DNA of 64,000 nt from an uncultured Thermoplasmata archaeon (GCA_963719945.1 CAVRDX010000003.1:294173-358172), one strand, 5' to 3'; positions 1 to 9,971 are shown, counted from the first letter of the stretch. Translations and numbers: made by a program. Notes: generated by a model from the letters alone, not told the origin.

Positions 1-571
1 GGATCGCGAGGTCGTCGTCAAGCAGAGAGTGGTAAAGGGCTATAGACACCCCGTGATTGACAAGAACCTCCAGGCCGCACGGATCAAGAACGAGGCACGT
101 CTCATGCTCGAGGCCAGGAAAGGCGGCATCGCAGTCCCAATCATATACTCGATAGACCTGGCTGGCAATAGGATAATCATGGAGGAGATCAAAGGCGTCA
201 GGGTCAAGGACGCCCTTCAGGATTTGCCATATCCCCGTGCTCGTGAGATATGCGAGAAGATCGGCGAGATATCGGCCTTGCTTCATGCACATGATATCGT
301 ACACGGTGATCTGACGACCAGCAACATGCTTCTCGAAGGGGATAGGATAGTCGTGATCGATTTCTCACTTGGTTCCAAGACCTCGGAGATAGAGGATAAA
401 GGGGTGGACATGCACCTCCTCGAGGAAGCGTTCCATTCAGCACATCACTCTCGGGCCGAGCTATTCGATGTGGTCAAGGAGTCTTATATCCACCATTATA
501 AGCGGGGGGACGAAGTCCTCAAAAAGGTGAAGGAGATAGAGAGGCGGGGGCGGTACACACGAAAAGAATAG
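1..571 (+). CDS. bud32: KEOPS kinase Bud32 (possibly the C-terminal part of a Kae1-Bud32 fusion); 5'-truncated by window edge
   Basis: Frame open from base 2 (DREVVVKQRVVKGYRHP); motifs KGYRHP, EARLM, HGDLTTSN, IDFSLG, EDKGVDMHLL, C-terminal RRGRY. Confidence 0.92.
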   Translation, partial: DREVVVKQRVVKGYRHPVIDKNLQAARIKNEARLMLEARKGGIAVPIIYSIDLAGNRIIMEEIKGVRVKDALQDLPYPRAREICEKIGEISALLHAHDIVHGDLTTSNMLLEGDRIVVIDFSLGSKTSEIEDKGVDMHLLEEAFHSAHHSRAELFDVVKESYIHHYKRGDEVLKKVKEIERRGRYTRKE

Positions 572-1128
572 CGTTCGCAACCAGCAACAACGGCAAATTC
601 AGAGAGATATCCGCTCAGATGGCGTTGCACGGCTACGAGCTGGACCATCTCAAGACCCCGTATCCCGAGATCCAGGCAGAATCACTCGAGATAACCATAA
701 TCCCTGGGTTACAGTGGCTGATATCCAAGTTTGACCGACCCGTGATGATAGATGATTCCGGCCTGTTCGTGGATGCCCTCCGAGGCTTCCCCGGAGTGTA
801 TTCATCCTATGTCTTCAAGACCGTCGGCTGCAAAGGAATCTTGGACCTCATGAAAGACATGAGCGACAGGACTGCGAGGTTCGAGTGCTGTATCGGATAC
901 ATGGAGCCTGGCGGAGAGCCGTTGATAACCAAAGGAATCGCGACCGGGTCGATATCCGAGAAGATGGTTGGTACCGGTGGTTTCGGATATGACCCCATAT
1001 TCATCCATGAAGGCGACACCAGGACATACGCGGAGATAGACATCGCGGAGAAGAACACCATGTCCCATAGAGGCAGGGCTATGGTCAAGTTCCTAGAGGA
1101 GTTGCCGAAACTAATAGGCGACCCATGA
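559..1128 (+). CDS. rdgB: RdgB/HAM1 non-canonical purine NTP pyrophosphatase; true start uncertain
   Basis: Motifs FATSNNGKFRE (upstream of the ATG at 619), DDSGL, GFPGVYS, GFGYDPIF, KNTMSHRGRA. Confidence 0.9.
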   Translation, partial: TKRIAFATSNNGKFREISAQMALHGYELDHLKTPYPEIQAESLEITIIPGLQWLISKFDRPVMIDDSGLFVDALRGFPGVYSSYVFKTVGCKGILDLMKDMSDRTARFECCIGYMEPGGEPLITKGIATGSISEKMVGTGGFGYDPIFIHEGDTRTYAEIDIAEKNTMSHRGRAMVKFLEELPKLIGDP

Positions 1129-1182
1129 GAATCCTTTTATCCAGGTCTGCTATAATCGGGTAACGGCCATGCCGCCACGCAC

Positions 1183-1259
1183 GGGGTAGTGGTTTAGCTT
1201 GGTATGATTCGTGCTTTGGGAGCATGAGGTCGTCGGTTCAAATCCGACCTACCCCACCA
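1183..1259 (+). tRNA. tRNA-Pro(TGG)
   Basis: Acceptor stem GGGGTAG/CTACCCC plus encoded CCA; anticodon arm CGTGC-TT-TGG-GA-GCATG; T-loop GGTTCAAATCC. Confidence 0.95.
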
Positions 1260-1302
1260 ATTTCCCAACCTATTCCCGGATTCTACTAGCTGCGATTGCG
1301 TC

Positions 1303-3228
1303 TCAGTCGACGGCTGGCAACATGACGTTGAATACTGCGCCAGCCCTCTGGTTCCCCTTCTCCCTGTCCTCAACCCAGATGCGTCCTCCGAACTGCTCCG
1401 CAATGGATTTGACTATCGATAGTCCGAGTCCTATGCCCTTGCCGCCTGATACCCTCGGTGCGAACTTGCCGAATATGGCCAACTTCTTGTCGTCAGGCAC
1501 GCCGACACCGTGGTCCGCTATCGAGATCACCCACCAATGGCGGCTCTCCTCCTCGCGTCTAATGATTGAGATCTCTATCTCAACGATTTCTCTGGGATCA
1601 TACTTGATTGAATTGTTCAACAAGTTCTGGAACAGGTCGTGCAAGAGGTCGTTGCCTCTTATCAAGCACCTGCTGTCAGGCGCATCTATGCGAATGGACA
1701 CCGTCTTCTCCGTGCTTGATTCTCTGAAATCTTTTGCGAGCCCGTGCAGTATCGGGACGAGATCGATCGTGAGCATCTTCTCAGTCCCTTTCTCCTTGAC
1801 GAAGACAAGTTGCTTGATCCTTGAGATCAGATCATTGCTGAGCTCGATCTGTTTCCTGGCCTTACCGAGGGCCAAGTCCCTATGCTCGTCCTGCACATCC
1901 TTCTGTGTGGCCATGTCGATCAGGACGCCTATGCCCGTGTTGTAGTTGCTTATGTCGTGGAACAGTAGTCTGTTGAGCATCTCGATGTCCTGTTTGCTCG
2001 AAACGATCTCCTCTATCAGGTCGTTGTTGCGGAATGCGAGCGAGACGATCGATCCATAAACACTCATCATCTCGAGCAGGTCCTTCTCGAACATGCCATC
2101 ATCGGGTCGATCCATCGCATATATCACCGCGACGATATCGTTATAATGATCTCTGAGTGGGATCACGAAAAGGTCGTATCGGATATCGATTTCTCTACTA
2201 CCCGCATCAGCAGATTTCTGAATGGCCATTATCATCTTGGAATCGGTCGGCTTGATCGGCATCTGCGATAGCCGATGCTCGGTGAACTGCATCATGGGGA
2301 TCCAGAACAGATCCTCGGTGAATCGGTACGCCGAATCACAATCGAGGTGGACCATTTTCGCGAACATGGGTCTGGCATCTTCCGATGAATCGCCGTTAAT
2401 GAATCTGAAAAGCCCTTCTCTTTCATCAAGCAACGCAACCTGACAATTCCTGAATCCGAGGTGCGCGGAGAGAAAGTCCCTGGCCGCTACGAGCATCTCT
2501 GACCGGTCCATGGCCACGACAATCCTTGTGGCGAGGTTGAGCAAGCTCGAGAAGACCCTTGCACGCCACGCACTGGCGCCAAGCATTGATTCCTGTACGG
2601 TCCACATGCCGGATAATTCTATAGCGATAGATGCGACTGAAGCGAGTATCTCCAGCTGGAAGATGACATTCCTGGGTGGTTTTCTGTGGTTCACCGTCTC
2701 CATTATCTCTATGCATCCCAGCTGCTTCCCGTTCTTGTCGAAAAGAATCGTGTCGATGAAATCCATCGGATGCCATTCGTCAGGATCCTTCCTTGAGGGC
2801 AGACTTCTTGAAACACCGTCATAGAACGAACTGTCGAAATCCTCTATGAGAACATACTCTCCAGGTGCGAAGAATGTGAGCGCACCTATCTTGTCAGAAA
2901 TCTTGAGTGTATCCTTCCAACTTTCAGCGGAATATGAAACTCCCTTTATCTCCGCTGCCTGGTCCTCAGGGTACCCGACAAGATGCCGAACCCTCCACAC
3001 GCCAGTTTCTGGATCGGTCCTGTATATGACCAACTTCTTTATCGCGAACAGCTCGGTCGCTGCCTTGCCGATGATCTCGAGTATCTCAGACTCGTCCCTG
3101 TGGTGAAGGACTACGAGGGATATCTCCAGGATCTTCTTGGCGAGGTCGTCACTGACCTCGTGCTCAATCATATCCTTCTCGGGCCTTTCTCTGTATCCTC
3201 TGCCCGAGGAGGTCTCACCAGAGTCCAC
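1303..3228 (-). CDS. GAF-domain sensor histidine kinase
   Basis: Two GAF-like segments; H-box LFHDISN, N-box NLLNNSIKY, G1 DHGVGV, G2 GIGLGLSIV. Confidence 0.88.
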   Translation of the reverse strand: MDSGETSSGRGYRERPEKDMIEHEVSDDLAKKILEISLVVLHHRDESEILEIIGKAATELFAIKKLVIYRTDPETGVWRVRHLVGYPEDQAAEIKGVSYSAESWKDTLKISDKIGALTFFAPGEYVLIEDFDSSFYDGVSRSLPSRKDPDEWHPMDFIDTILFDKNGKQLGCIEIMETVNHRKPPRNVIFQLEILASVASIAIELSGMWTVQESMLGASAWRARVFSSLLNLATRIVVAMDRSEMLVAARDFLSAHLGFRNCQVALLDEREGLFRFINGDSSEDARPMFAKMVHLDCDSAYRFTEDLFWIPMMQFTEHRLSQMPIKPTDSKMIMAIQKSADAGSREIDIRYDLFVIPLRDHYNDIVAVIYAMDRPDDGMFEKDLLEMMSVYGSIVSLAFRNNDLIEEIVSSKQDIEMLNRLLFHDISNYNTGIGVLIDMATQKDVQDEHRDLALGKARKQIELSNDLISRIKQLVFVKEKGTEKMLTIDLVPILHGLAKDFRESSTEKTVSIRIDAPDSRCLIRGNDLLHDLFQNLLNNSIKYDPREIVEIEISIIRREEESRHWWVISIADHGVGVPDDKKLAIFGKFAPRVSGGKGIGLGLSIVKSIAEQFGGRIWVEDREKGNQRAGAVFNVMLPAVD

Positions 3229-3446
3229 ACTTATCAGTTGCCATTATGGTCGTTGACCGATATTAAAAGAGGGGGCAGATGCTAGGCTCGATTCGGGCCG
3301 GTTAGCGTATGGCTATGGATTGGAGATATCTGAGCTGTTGTGGCTTAGCCATGCGCTATTCTCCTTCTACACGTGAGAATTGCACTTACTCTAAATAGGG
3401 GAACGATATACCCTTTTTAGAAACAGGTCTTAGGAGGCCTCTGGCA

Positions 3447-4754
3447 ATGAGAAAATGGAAGGATATACCACTCTGGAAGGATGTAAGTCCCAAGCAGTGG
3501 ACTGATTGGAAGTGGCAAGTGAGGAACCGCATCACGGATGTCGACACACTTGCCCAAGTCATCAATCTCACCCCTGAGGAGAAGGAGGAGATTCGCAACT
3601 CGATGAAATATCTCCGGATGGCAATCACTCCATACTACGCTTCTTTGATGGACCCGGACGACCCGATGTGCCCGATCAGGCGACAGGCGGTTCCGACGTC
3701 CGCGGAACTTCATGTCGGCAAGGACGATCTGGAGGACACTGTCGGGGAGACGACCGACGCGCCCCATGAAGGGCTGACTCACAGATACCCCGATCGCGTC
3801 CTCCTGCTTCTTACTGACCAGTGCAGCATGTACTGCAGGCATTGCTGCAGGAGGAGGATTGTCGGCACGACCGACCACGCCCGCAGCTGGGATGAGATCA
3901 AGGCCGGCATCGATTACATCAGAGACACCCCGCAGGTGCGGGATGTTCTTCTCTCCGGAGGGGACGCGCTGCTGGTATCAGACGCGCTATTGGAGAGAGT
4001 TATCCGGGAGATCAGGAAGATCAAGCATGTCCAGATAATCAGGATCGGCTCTAGGACGCCAGTTGTCCTACCCTATAGGATAACTCCGTCCCTTGTGAAG
4101 ATGCTCCGGAAGTATCACCCTATCTGGCTCAACACCCATTTCAACCATCCGAACGAGATAACGCCAGAATCGAAGCGTGCGGTGGAGATGCTAGCCGATG
4201 CGGGCATACCCGTGGGCAACCAGACTGTCCTGCTGAAGACGGTCAACGACTGCCCGACCATCATGAAGAAGCTCTGTCAGGACCTGACATACATCAGGTG
4301 CAGACCCTATTACATCTACCAATGTGACATAGCCAAAGGTCTCGAGCACTTCCGCACGGCCATATCCAAAGGGATAGAGATCATCGAGAACCTCAGAGGG
4401 CACACTTCGGGCTACGCGGTCCCTCAGTTCGTGATAGATGCGCCGACTGGCGGCGGGAAGATACCAGTCGGTCCGACCTACCTGATATCGCAGTCTGACA
4501 AGCGTGTGATACTGAGGAACTACGAGGGCGGCATATTCCAGTTCCCGGAGGTCGAAGGTGACAGGATAAGCCGATGCCCACCGAACTGCAAGTTGTGCGA
4601 GACATACGAACATCTCGAATCCAAAGAGGGCGTTGCGTCGGTCTTGTCAGGGAGAAGGATGTGTCTCATCCCAGAAGGTACAGCAAGGGAAGAGCGCAGG
4701 AAAGGGTACGACAGGAAGCCGAAATCTAAGCCGCCAAAGTGCACGAGCTTCTGA
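3447..4754 (+). CDS. kamA: Lysine 2,3-aminomutase (radical SAM, PLP)
   Basis: HRYPDR, CSMYCRHC, LSGGD, YIYQCD, GHTSG, IDAPTGGGKIP; Shine-Dalgarno AGGAGG upstream. Confidence 0.92.
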   Translation: MRKWKDIPLWKDVSPKQWTDWKWQVRNRITDVDTLAQVINLTPEEKEEIRNSMKYLRMAITPYYASLMDPDDPMCPIRRQAVPTSAELHVGKDDLEDTVGETTDAPHEGLTHRYPDRVLLLLTDQCSMYCRHCCRRRIVGTTDHARSWDEIKAGIDYIRDTPQVRDVLLSGGDALLVSDALLERVIREIRKIKHVQIIRIGSRTPVVLPYRITPSLVKMLRKYHPIWLNTHFNHPNEITPESKRAVEMLADAGIPVGNQTVLLKTVNDCPTIMKKLCQDLTYIRCRPYYIYQCDIAKGLEHFRTAISKGIEIIENLRGHTSGYAVPQFVIDAPTGGGKIPVGPTYLISQSDKRVILRNYEGGIFQFPEVEGDRISRCPPNCKLCETYEHLESKEGVASVLSGRRMCLIPEGTAREERRKGYDRKPKSKPPKCTSF

Positions 4755-4781
4755 AACCCTCTTCGAAACCATTTCCCTTCT

Positions 4782-5453
4782 TCATTTATCCGTGAGCGAT
4801 GCCTTGATTATCCTGTATGTCCCAGAGTGCTGGGACCAATTGCACCCCGCCTCGTCTATGTGAATCCTCTTCCGGAAGTTGGGGCCGTTCGTCACGAATG
4901 TCTCTATCTCCCCTCCCTCCCCTGAGACGCTTATCCTGAACTTCTCCCTCAACTTCTCAAGGTCTTTGATCGTCTCGGAAGTTATCACCCTCCCGAGCCA
5001 TTCCTCGTCAAAGCCATGGGCGTACACTCCTATCACCATGAACTCGAACCCTGCATGGACCATATCCTCCAGCAAGGCTACCTGGTTCTTGCGCCAGAGG
5101 GGTGAGTACAGAGGTTTGCCTAGTTTGTGACATATCCCATTCAATCGGGTCCACTGATAGTCCGATGCTATGGCACCCGATAGGAACCCGTCCACATCCT
5201 CGTCTTCCATCAGTGTCTGGATGTCGTCCAGTTCCTTCTCCTTCTCTCCGGAGCTGGTCCTGTGTTTGATCGGTATCCCCATTGCCTCCGCTTGGAGTTC
5301 GGTCCATCGGATGTTCGGATAGTGGAACATGTACGAGTCTTCCCGTTCGGGTACGACCGTCAGGAGGCTGGTCACCTCCCATCCTTGCTGCTGGGATAGG
5401 TATATCGCGTAGGTCGAATCCTTCCCGCCCGAGAATAATGCAGAGACTCTCAT
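4782..5453 (-). CDS. dph6: Diphthine--ammonia ligase / PP-loop ATP pyrophosphatase
   Basis: SGGKDS PP-loop, SYMFH, GAIASDYQ, GEGGEIET. Confidence 0.85.
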   Translation of the reverse strand: MRVSALFSGGKDSTYAIYLSQQQGWEVTSLLTVVPEREDSYMFHYPNIRWTELQAEAMGIPIKHRTSSGEKEKELDDIQTLMEDEDVDGFLSGAIASDYQWTRLNGICHKLGKPLYSPLWRKNQVALLEDMVHAGFEFMVIGVYAHGFDEEWLGRVITSETIKDLEKLREKFRISVSGEGGEIETFVTNGPNFRKRIHIDEAGCNWSQHSGTYRIIKASLTDK

Positions 5454-5514
5454 GCTCTTCCCATGCGCATATGTTTGTAGATGGTAAATAAGGACTGCCG
5501 TTCCGGGAATCTGG

Positions 5515-5751
5515 TTGCGTTTATGTACCTGCAGTCCAATGCACTCGAACGTGTATTACTGCCCCAAGTGCGATAGGACCGTGTCGAGGGAGCGGCTCAT
5601 GGAGATCTGCGCGGAGCTCGAATCCAAGTTCGGAAAGAGCCCTGCGACCACGTTCTGCTGCCCAGTATGCGACACCGAATTCATCGACTTGGACAGAGTT
5701 TCACCCGGGGGTGAGAAGCATGTCGGCGACACGAGGAAGAGGACGGATTGA
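5515..5751 (+). CDS. Small zinc-finger protein (start may be 5539 or 5551)
   Basis: CPKC and CPVC pairs; overlaps the start of the creatininase-family gene. Confidence 0.6.
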   Translation: MRLCTCSPMHSNVYYCPKCDRTVSRERLMEICAELESKFGKSPATTFCCPVCDTEFIDLDRVSPGGEKHVGDTRKRTD

Positions 5752-6496
5752 TGCTAACGAGATTACCAGCCCCGCCTTCGCAGAGGCTGCGAAGGCTGGA
5801 ACAATAGCCATCCTGCCGATCGGTTCCATGGAGGAGCATGGCGCTCATCTTCCGCTGGGCACGGACTCTATGCAGGCCGAGGAGATCGCAGGTCGAATCG
5901 CCGATGAATTCAACGCGCTGCTACTTCCTCCGATCCGTTATGGCGAGTGCAGGTCGACCAGGAACTTCCCAGGGACGATCTCCCTTAGCTTCGAGACGGT
6001 TTGTGCTCTGACGATCGACATCGTGTCCGAGCTCTCAAGGAACGGCATAGACAAGATACTGGTCCTTACTGGACATGCAGGCTCTGGACACATGGCTGCG
6101 ATCCGGTTGGGCATCCAGAGGGTAGTTGAGGACGATCCAGAACTCAAGGTGATGGTGCTCTCCGACTATGATATAGCATACGAGCTGAGAGGAAAGGAAT
6201 TCCCTGGCGATGATGGTCATGCCGGGCTCATCGAGACCTCCAGGATACTCAACCTCAGGAAAGATCTCGTGGGCAAGCAGAGACCTGTTGGAAAGGGGAG
6301 ACCTCCAAAGTTCATGATCGTGAGCGATCCCGAACGCTATATCCCAACCGGGGTCATGGGCGATCCGAGGGGTGCGGACGCTGACCGAGGTAGAAGGATC
6401 GATGATTACGTTGTCGATGAGCTGTGCGCGCTCATCCGCAAGAACTTCGGGCTGGTGTCTCGCGGCAGGAAGCGAAGCGTGCGCAGAGGGGACTGA
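5720..6496 (+). CDS. Creatininase / creatinine amidohydrolase family protein
   Basis: PIGSMEEHGAHLPLGTD, FPGTIS, GHAG, DGHAGLIETS. Confidence 0.88.
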   Translation: MSATRGRGRIDANEITSPAFAEAAKAGTIAILPIGSMEEHGAHLPLGTDSMQAEEIAGRIADEFNALLLPPIRYGECRSTRNFPGTISLSFETVCALTIDIVSELSRNGIDKILVLTGHAGSGHMAAIRLGIQRVVEDDPELKVMVLSDYDIAYELRGKEFPGDDGHAGLIETSRILNLRKDLVGKQRPVGKGRPPKFMIVSDPERYIPTGVMGDPRGADADRGRRIDDYVVDELCALIRKNFGLVSRGRKRSVRRGD

Positions 6497-6500
6497 TTCA

Positions 6501-7184
6501 ATGGATCATAAGGAGATGGCTGCCAGAGAAGCTGTGAAGTACATCGAGGATGGAATGGTGGTTGGTCTTGGAAGCGGGTCCACTGCCAGCATTGCGATCA
6601 GGTTGATTGGTGAGAAGGTCAAGAGCGAGGGAATCGACATCATAGGTATACCGACGTCGAAAGCGTCCGATCTGCTCGGTCGTGCGGTCGGTATCAAGAT
6701 CGGAGAGCTCGACGATCATCCGCATGTCGACATCACCATCGACGGAGCGGACGAGGTCGGCCCGAGACTCAACCTCGTGAAAGGTCTCGGAGGCGCCCTC
6801 CTGCGCGAGAAGATCGTGGCCGCAGCCACTCAGCTCGAGCTAATAGTGGTTGATGAATCGAAGTTGGTCCAGTTCATCGGTCAGAAATCGCCGCTGCCAG
6901 TGGAGATCGCGAGGTTCTCACACAAGACGACCATGCTAAGACTCGCATCACTGGGCTGCACGCCAGTCCTTAGGATGGCGGGAGACGCACCTTATGTCAC
7001 GGACAACGGGAACTACATCGCCGACTGCAGATTCCTGAAGATATCTGATCCAGCCGCGATGGAGATCAAGATTGACCAGATCCCTGGAGTCGTCGAGTGC
7101 GGTCTATTCATCGGCCTCACGTCGAGGGTCATAGTCGGAAGCCCTGGCGGGACAAGGATACTTGAGAAACAGTGCATGCTCTGA
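6501..7184 (+). CDS. rpiA: Ribose-5-phosphate isomerase A
   Basis: GLGSGST, DGADEV, KGLGGALLREK, TDNGNYI, PGVVECGLF. Confidence 0.95.
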   Translation: MDHKEMAAREAVKYIEDGMVVGLGSGSTASIAIRLIGEKVKSEGIDIIGIPTSKASDLLGRAVGIKIGELDDHPHVDITIDGADEVGPRLNLVKGLGGALLREKIVAAATQLELIVVDESKLVQFIGQKSPLPVEIARFSHKTTMLRLASLGCTPVLRMAGDAPYVTDNGNYIADCRFLKISDPAAMEIKIDQIPGVVECGLFIGLTSRVIVGSPGGTRILEKQCML

Positions 7185-7198
7185 AGGACATCTGGCGG

Positions 7199-7564
7199 CT
7201 ACTTCGCCTGTTCCTTCAGCTGCTTGATGTTGATATCGATCATCTCGATTTTCTTCCTCTCCTCGGCCTCTATCATCTCGATGATCTTCTCGAACGGTAT
7301 CGCCAGCTTGTTGGAGTGCACGGGTCTGCCCTTGCCCTCCTTCTTTATGTCTCTCTTGGCGACCCACTTCCTTCTCCGCAGCTCCTGCATGGCGATTGAG
7401 ACCTCTGGCTGCCTGAGACTGGTCGCACTCTCTATCTCCACGGAAGTCGTCTCTTCCTTCTTACGGAGATAGACAAGAGTCTTAGCCATGTTCTTAGACA
7501 GACCTGTCCGCATAAGGAGTTCGACGAGCACTTCGTCCTTCTTTGTTAGCCCCTTGTCCGTCAT
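7199..7564 (-). CDS. Winged-helix transcriptional regulator (ArsR/TrmB-like)
   Basis: SVEIESATSLRQPEVSIAM helix-turn-helix; GKGRP wing. Confidence 0.8.
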   Translation of the reverse strand: MTDKGLTKKDEVLVELLMRTGLSKNMAKTLVYLRKKEETTSVEIESATSLRQPEVSIAMQELRRRKWVAKRDIKKEGKGRPVHSNKLAIPFEKIIEMIEAEERKKIEMIDINIKQLKEQAK

Positions 7565-7789
7565 ATTATCTGCCTGCCCATTTATTAATTACCAAATATT
7601 TATTGTTTCTCATTAGAATGCGACGATATTTACCAAGTCTGTTATCAGACACGCTAGGAAATGCGCATGCGCGCCCGTGCTATTATATGGGTCCAACCCC
7701 TGCTCTATTCGAAGCTCGGATGAACTCAACAATGCTTTTATATAGGTTCCCGCTTACTCGTTCAACGCCCCCAGGGGTCGCTGATTAGC

Positions 7790-8071
7790 ATGAAGATGCC
7801 AAGGGTTAGAAAGGAATATTGCCCGAAGTGCAAGAAGCATACGGAGCATGAAGTCGAGAGGGTCAAGACTAGACCTAGAAGCGAACTCAAGTGGGGTCAG
7901 AGAAGGTACAGGCGGGCCACATCTGGTTATGGTGGTTTCCCGAGGCCCAAGTATGGGGACCGCCAGAAGCCGACTGTGAAGGTCGCGCTCAGGTATAGGT
8001 GCAAGTCCTGCAAGAAGGCTCACCAGAGACCATGTTTCAGGGCGAAGACCTTCGAGCTTAAGGAGGTATGA
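7790..8071 (+). CDS. rpl44e: 50S ribosomal protein L44e
   Basis: YCPKCKKHTEH, GYGGFPRP, CKSCKKAH; canonical cluster position. Confidence 0.95.
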   Translation: MKMPRVRKEYCPKCKKHTEHEVERVKTRPRSELKWGQRRYRRATSGYGGFPRPKYGDRQKPTVKVALRYRCKSCKKAHQRPCFRAKTFELKEV

Positions 8072-8074
8072 TTC

Positions 8075-8260
8075 TTGAATGAGATTCCAGCTCCGACGAG
8101 CAAGTTCATCAATGTCAAGTGCCAGGATTGCGGCAACGAGCAGATCGCTTTCAACAAGCCCGCGACACATGTCAAGTGCAATGTGTGCGGTGCCACGCTG
8201 ATCAAGCCCACCGGAGGGAAAGGCCAGATCAGGGGGCAGCTGCTCGGAGAGGTCCATTAA
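8075..8260 (+). CDS. rps27e: 30S ribosomal protein S27e
   Basis: [25 protein letters not shown]. Confidence 0.95.
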   Translation: MNEIPAPTSKFINVKCQDCGNEQIAFNKPATHVKCNVCGATLIKPTGGKGQIRGQLLGEVH

Positions 8261-9045
8261 TGCCACGAAAGGTAGAATTTCCAGAAGTGGGCGATCTAGT
8301 CATCTGCAGCGTGAAGAACGTCAAGAATTTCGGCGCTTTCGTCGACCTCGACGAGTTCGAGGGCAAAGAGGGTTTTATTCACGTCAGGGATGTGGCCACT
8401 GGCTGGGTCAAGTACATCAGAGACCACGTCAGAGAGGGCCAGAAGGTCGTATGCAAGGTTCTAGGTGTGGATCGGGAGCGCGGACACATAGACCTGTCAC
8501 TCAAGCAAGTCAACGATCACCAGCGCAGGGAGAAGATCCAGGAGCGCAAGAACGAGAATAAGGCCGAGAAACTCTTGGAGATCGCCGGCGCAAAACTCGG
8601 CAAGACGCTCGATCAAGCCTACGATGAGGTGGGTGAGACTCTGATATCTGAGTTCGGCACCGTGTACAGTTCGTTCGAGGCGGCCGCCGCAGACCCTTCA
8701 GTGCTGGAGGACATAGGTGTCGCCAAGGACTGGATCGCTGCCCTCGTCGAAATCTCAAATGAGAACATACAGTTACCCTCGGTCACAATCGATGGCACCC
8801 TCGAAATATCAACTCCGGCCTCAGACGGTGTCGATCACCTCAGGGCTGCGCTGATGTCCGGCCTGCACTTCGATGACGCCGAAATCGACATCCTGTATCT
8901 AGGCGCTCCGAAGTACAAGGTCACTGTCACCGCTGAGGATTACAAATTGGCCGAGAGTGCGTTGAAGCACTCGATCGACAGCATCTCGTCAGAGATTCAG
9001 AAATCTGGCGGGACCGCATCTTTCAAGAGGAAGGAAGAGCTGTGA
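8260..9045 (+). CDS. eif2a: Translation initiation factor 2 alpha subunit
   Basis: S1 domain (FPEVGDLV, EGFIH, GHIDLSLK), YLGAPKY; ATG overlaps rps27e stop (TAATG). Confidence 0.95.
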   Translation: MPRKVEFPEVGDLVICSVKNVKNFGAFVDLDEFEGKEGFIHVRDVATGWVKYIRDHVREGQKVVCKVLGVDRERGHIDLSLKQVNDHQRREKIQERKNENKAEKLLEIAGAKLGKTLDQAYDEVGETLISEFGTVYSSFEAAAADPSVLEDIGVAKDWIAALVEISNENIQLPSVTIDGTLEISTPASDGVDHLRAALMSGLHFDDAEIDILYLGAPKYKVTVTAEDYKLAESALKHSIDSISSEIQKSGGTASFKRKEEL

Positions 9046-9209
9046 AGACTCTGCTCATGAAATGCCCTTCGTGCAGGTCGTATACATTGCGCTCGACATG
9101 CCCGAAGTGCGGAGGGACAACATTCATGTCCATGCCTGCCAAGTACTCACCTGAGGATAGATATGGCGAGTACAGAAGACGACTCAAGAAGGAGCTGTCG
9201 GAGGGATGA
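9042..9209 (+). CDS. nop10: H/ACA RNP protein Nop10 (absent from the ORF track)
   Basis: GTG start; KCPSCRSYTL, CPKCG, PAKYSPEDRYGEYRR; conserved position after aIF2a. Confidence 0.92.
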   Translation: MKTLLMKCPSCRSYTLRSTCPKCGGTTFMSMPAKYSPEDRYGEYRRRLKKELSEG

Positions 9210-9212
9210 TAG

Positions 9213-9971
9213 ATGGACGATATCGTGATAGTCCAGAAGGAGAAGCCTCAACTGAACGACCCGATCTTGATCGAGGGCCTGCCTGGAGTAGGTAATGTAG
9301 GCAAGCTCGCAGCCGAACACTTGGTCGATCAGATGAAAGCTACCAAGTTCATAGAGATATTCTCGAAGTATTTCCCGCCGCAGATACTCGTCAACGATTC
9401 CGGTACCATCCGCCTCGTGAGCAACGAGATGTTCTATGTCAAGAGGCCGGATTCACCCAATGACATAGTCATCCTGGTCGGAGACTATCAGGGGCTCACC
9501 CCTGACGGCCAATACGAGCTTTCCGACAGGGTCTTGAAGATATCGAAGGAGCTCGGGATCAAGAAGATATTCACACTCGGCGGGTACGGGTTGGGAAGGA
9601 TGATCGAGACTCCACGTGTCCTGGGAGCTGCCACGGACGAAGCCTTTGTCGAGGAGATGAAGAGCAACGGAGTCACATTCGCCAAGGGCGAGCCGGGGAG
9701 CGGTATCGTCGGTGCCAGCGGCCTCCTGCTGGGTTTGGGTTTGTTGTATGACATCAGATGTGTTTGTCTCATGGGGGAGACATCCGGATACTTCGTAGAT
9801 CCAAAGGCTGCCCAGGCAGTCTTGGATGTTCTCTCGAAGACATTGGGCTTTGCGATCGACCTTTCTGCTCTCGAGGACAGGGCAAAGCAGATCGACCAGA
9901 TCACATCGAAGCTCCGCGAGGCTGAACCGACACCTGAGCCCAGAAAAGAAGATCTGGGCTATATCGGCTGA
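9213..9971 (+). CDS. Proteasome assembly chaperone (PAC2) family protein
   Basis: EGLPGVGNVGKLA, GIVGASGLLLG, MGETSGY, DPKAA; conserved synteny. Confidence 0.9.
   Translation: MDDIVIVQKEKPQLNDPILIEGLPGVGNVGKLAAEHLVDQMKATKFIEIFSKYFPPQILVNDSGTIRLVSNEMFYVKRPDSPNDIVILVGDYQGLTPDGQYELSDRVLKISKELGIKKIFTLGGYGLGRMIETPRVLGAATDEAFVEEMKSNGVTFAKGEPGSGIVGASGLLLGLGLLYDIRCVCLMGETSGYFVDPKAAQAVLDVLSKTLGFAIDLSALEDRAKQIDQITSKLREAEPTPEPRKEDLGYIG

Noticed and set aside
569-571. Pyrrolysine readthrough of the bud32 TAG
   Set aside because: rdgB is in a different frame, TAG serves as an ordinary stop in other genes here (tfs, RHH), and no pyl genes are in the window.
1183-1310. tRNA-Pro, and also tRNA-Tyr and tRNA-Glu, as integration sites
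   Set aside because: I saw no duplicated tRNA 3' ends or integrase; flanking genes look chromosomal.
1211-1945. 244-aa plus-strand ORF
   Set aside because: Starts inside tRNA-Pro and is antisense to the histidine kinase.
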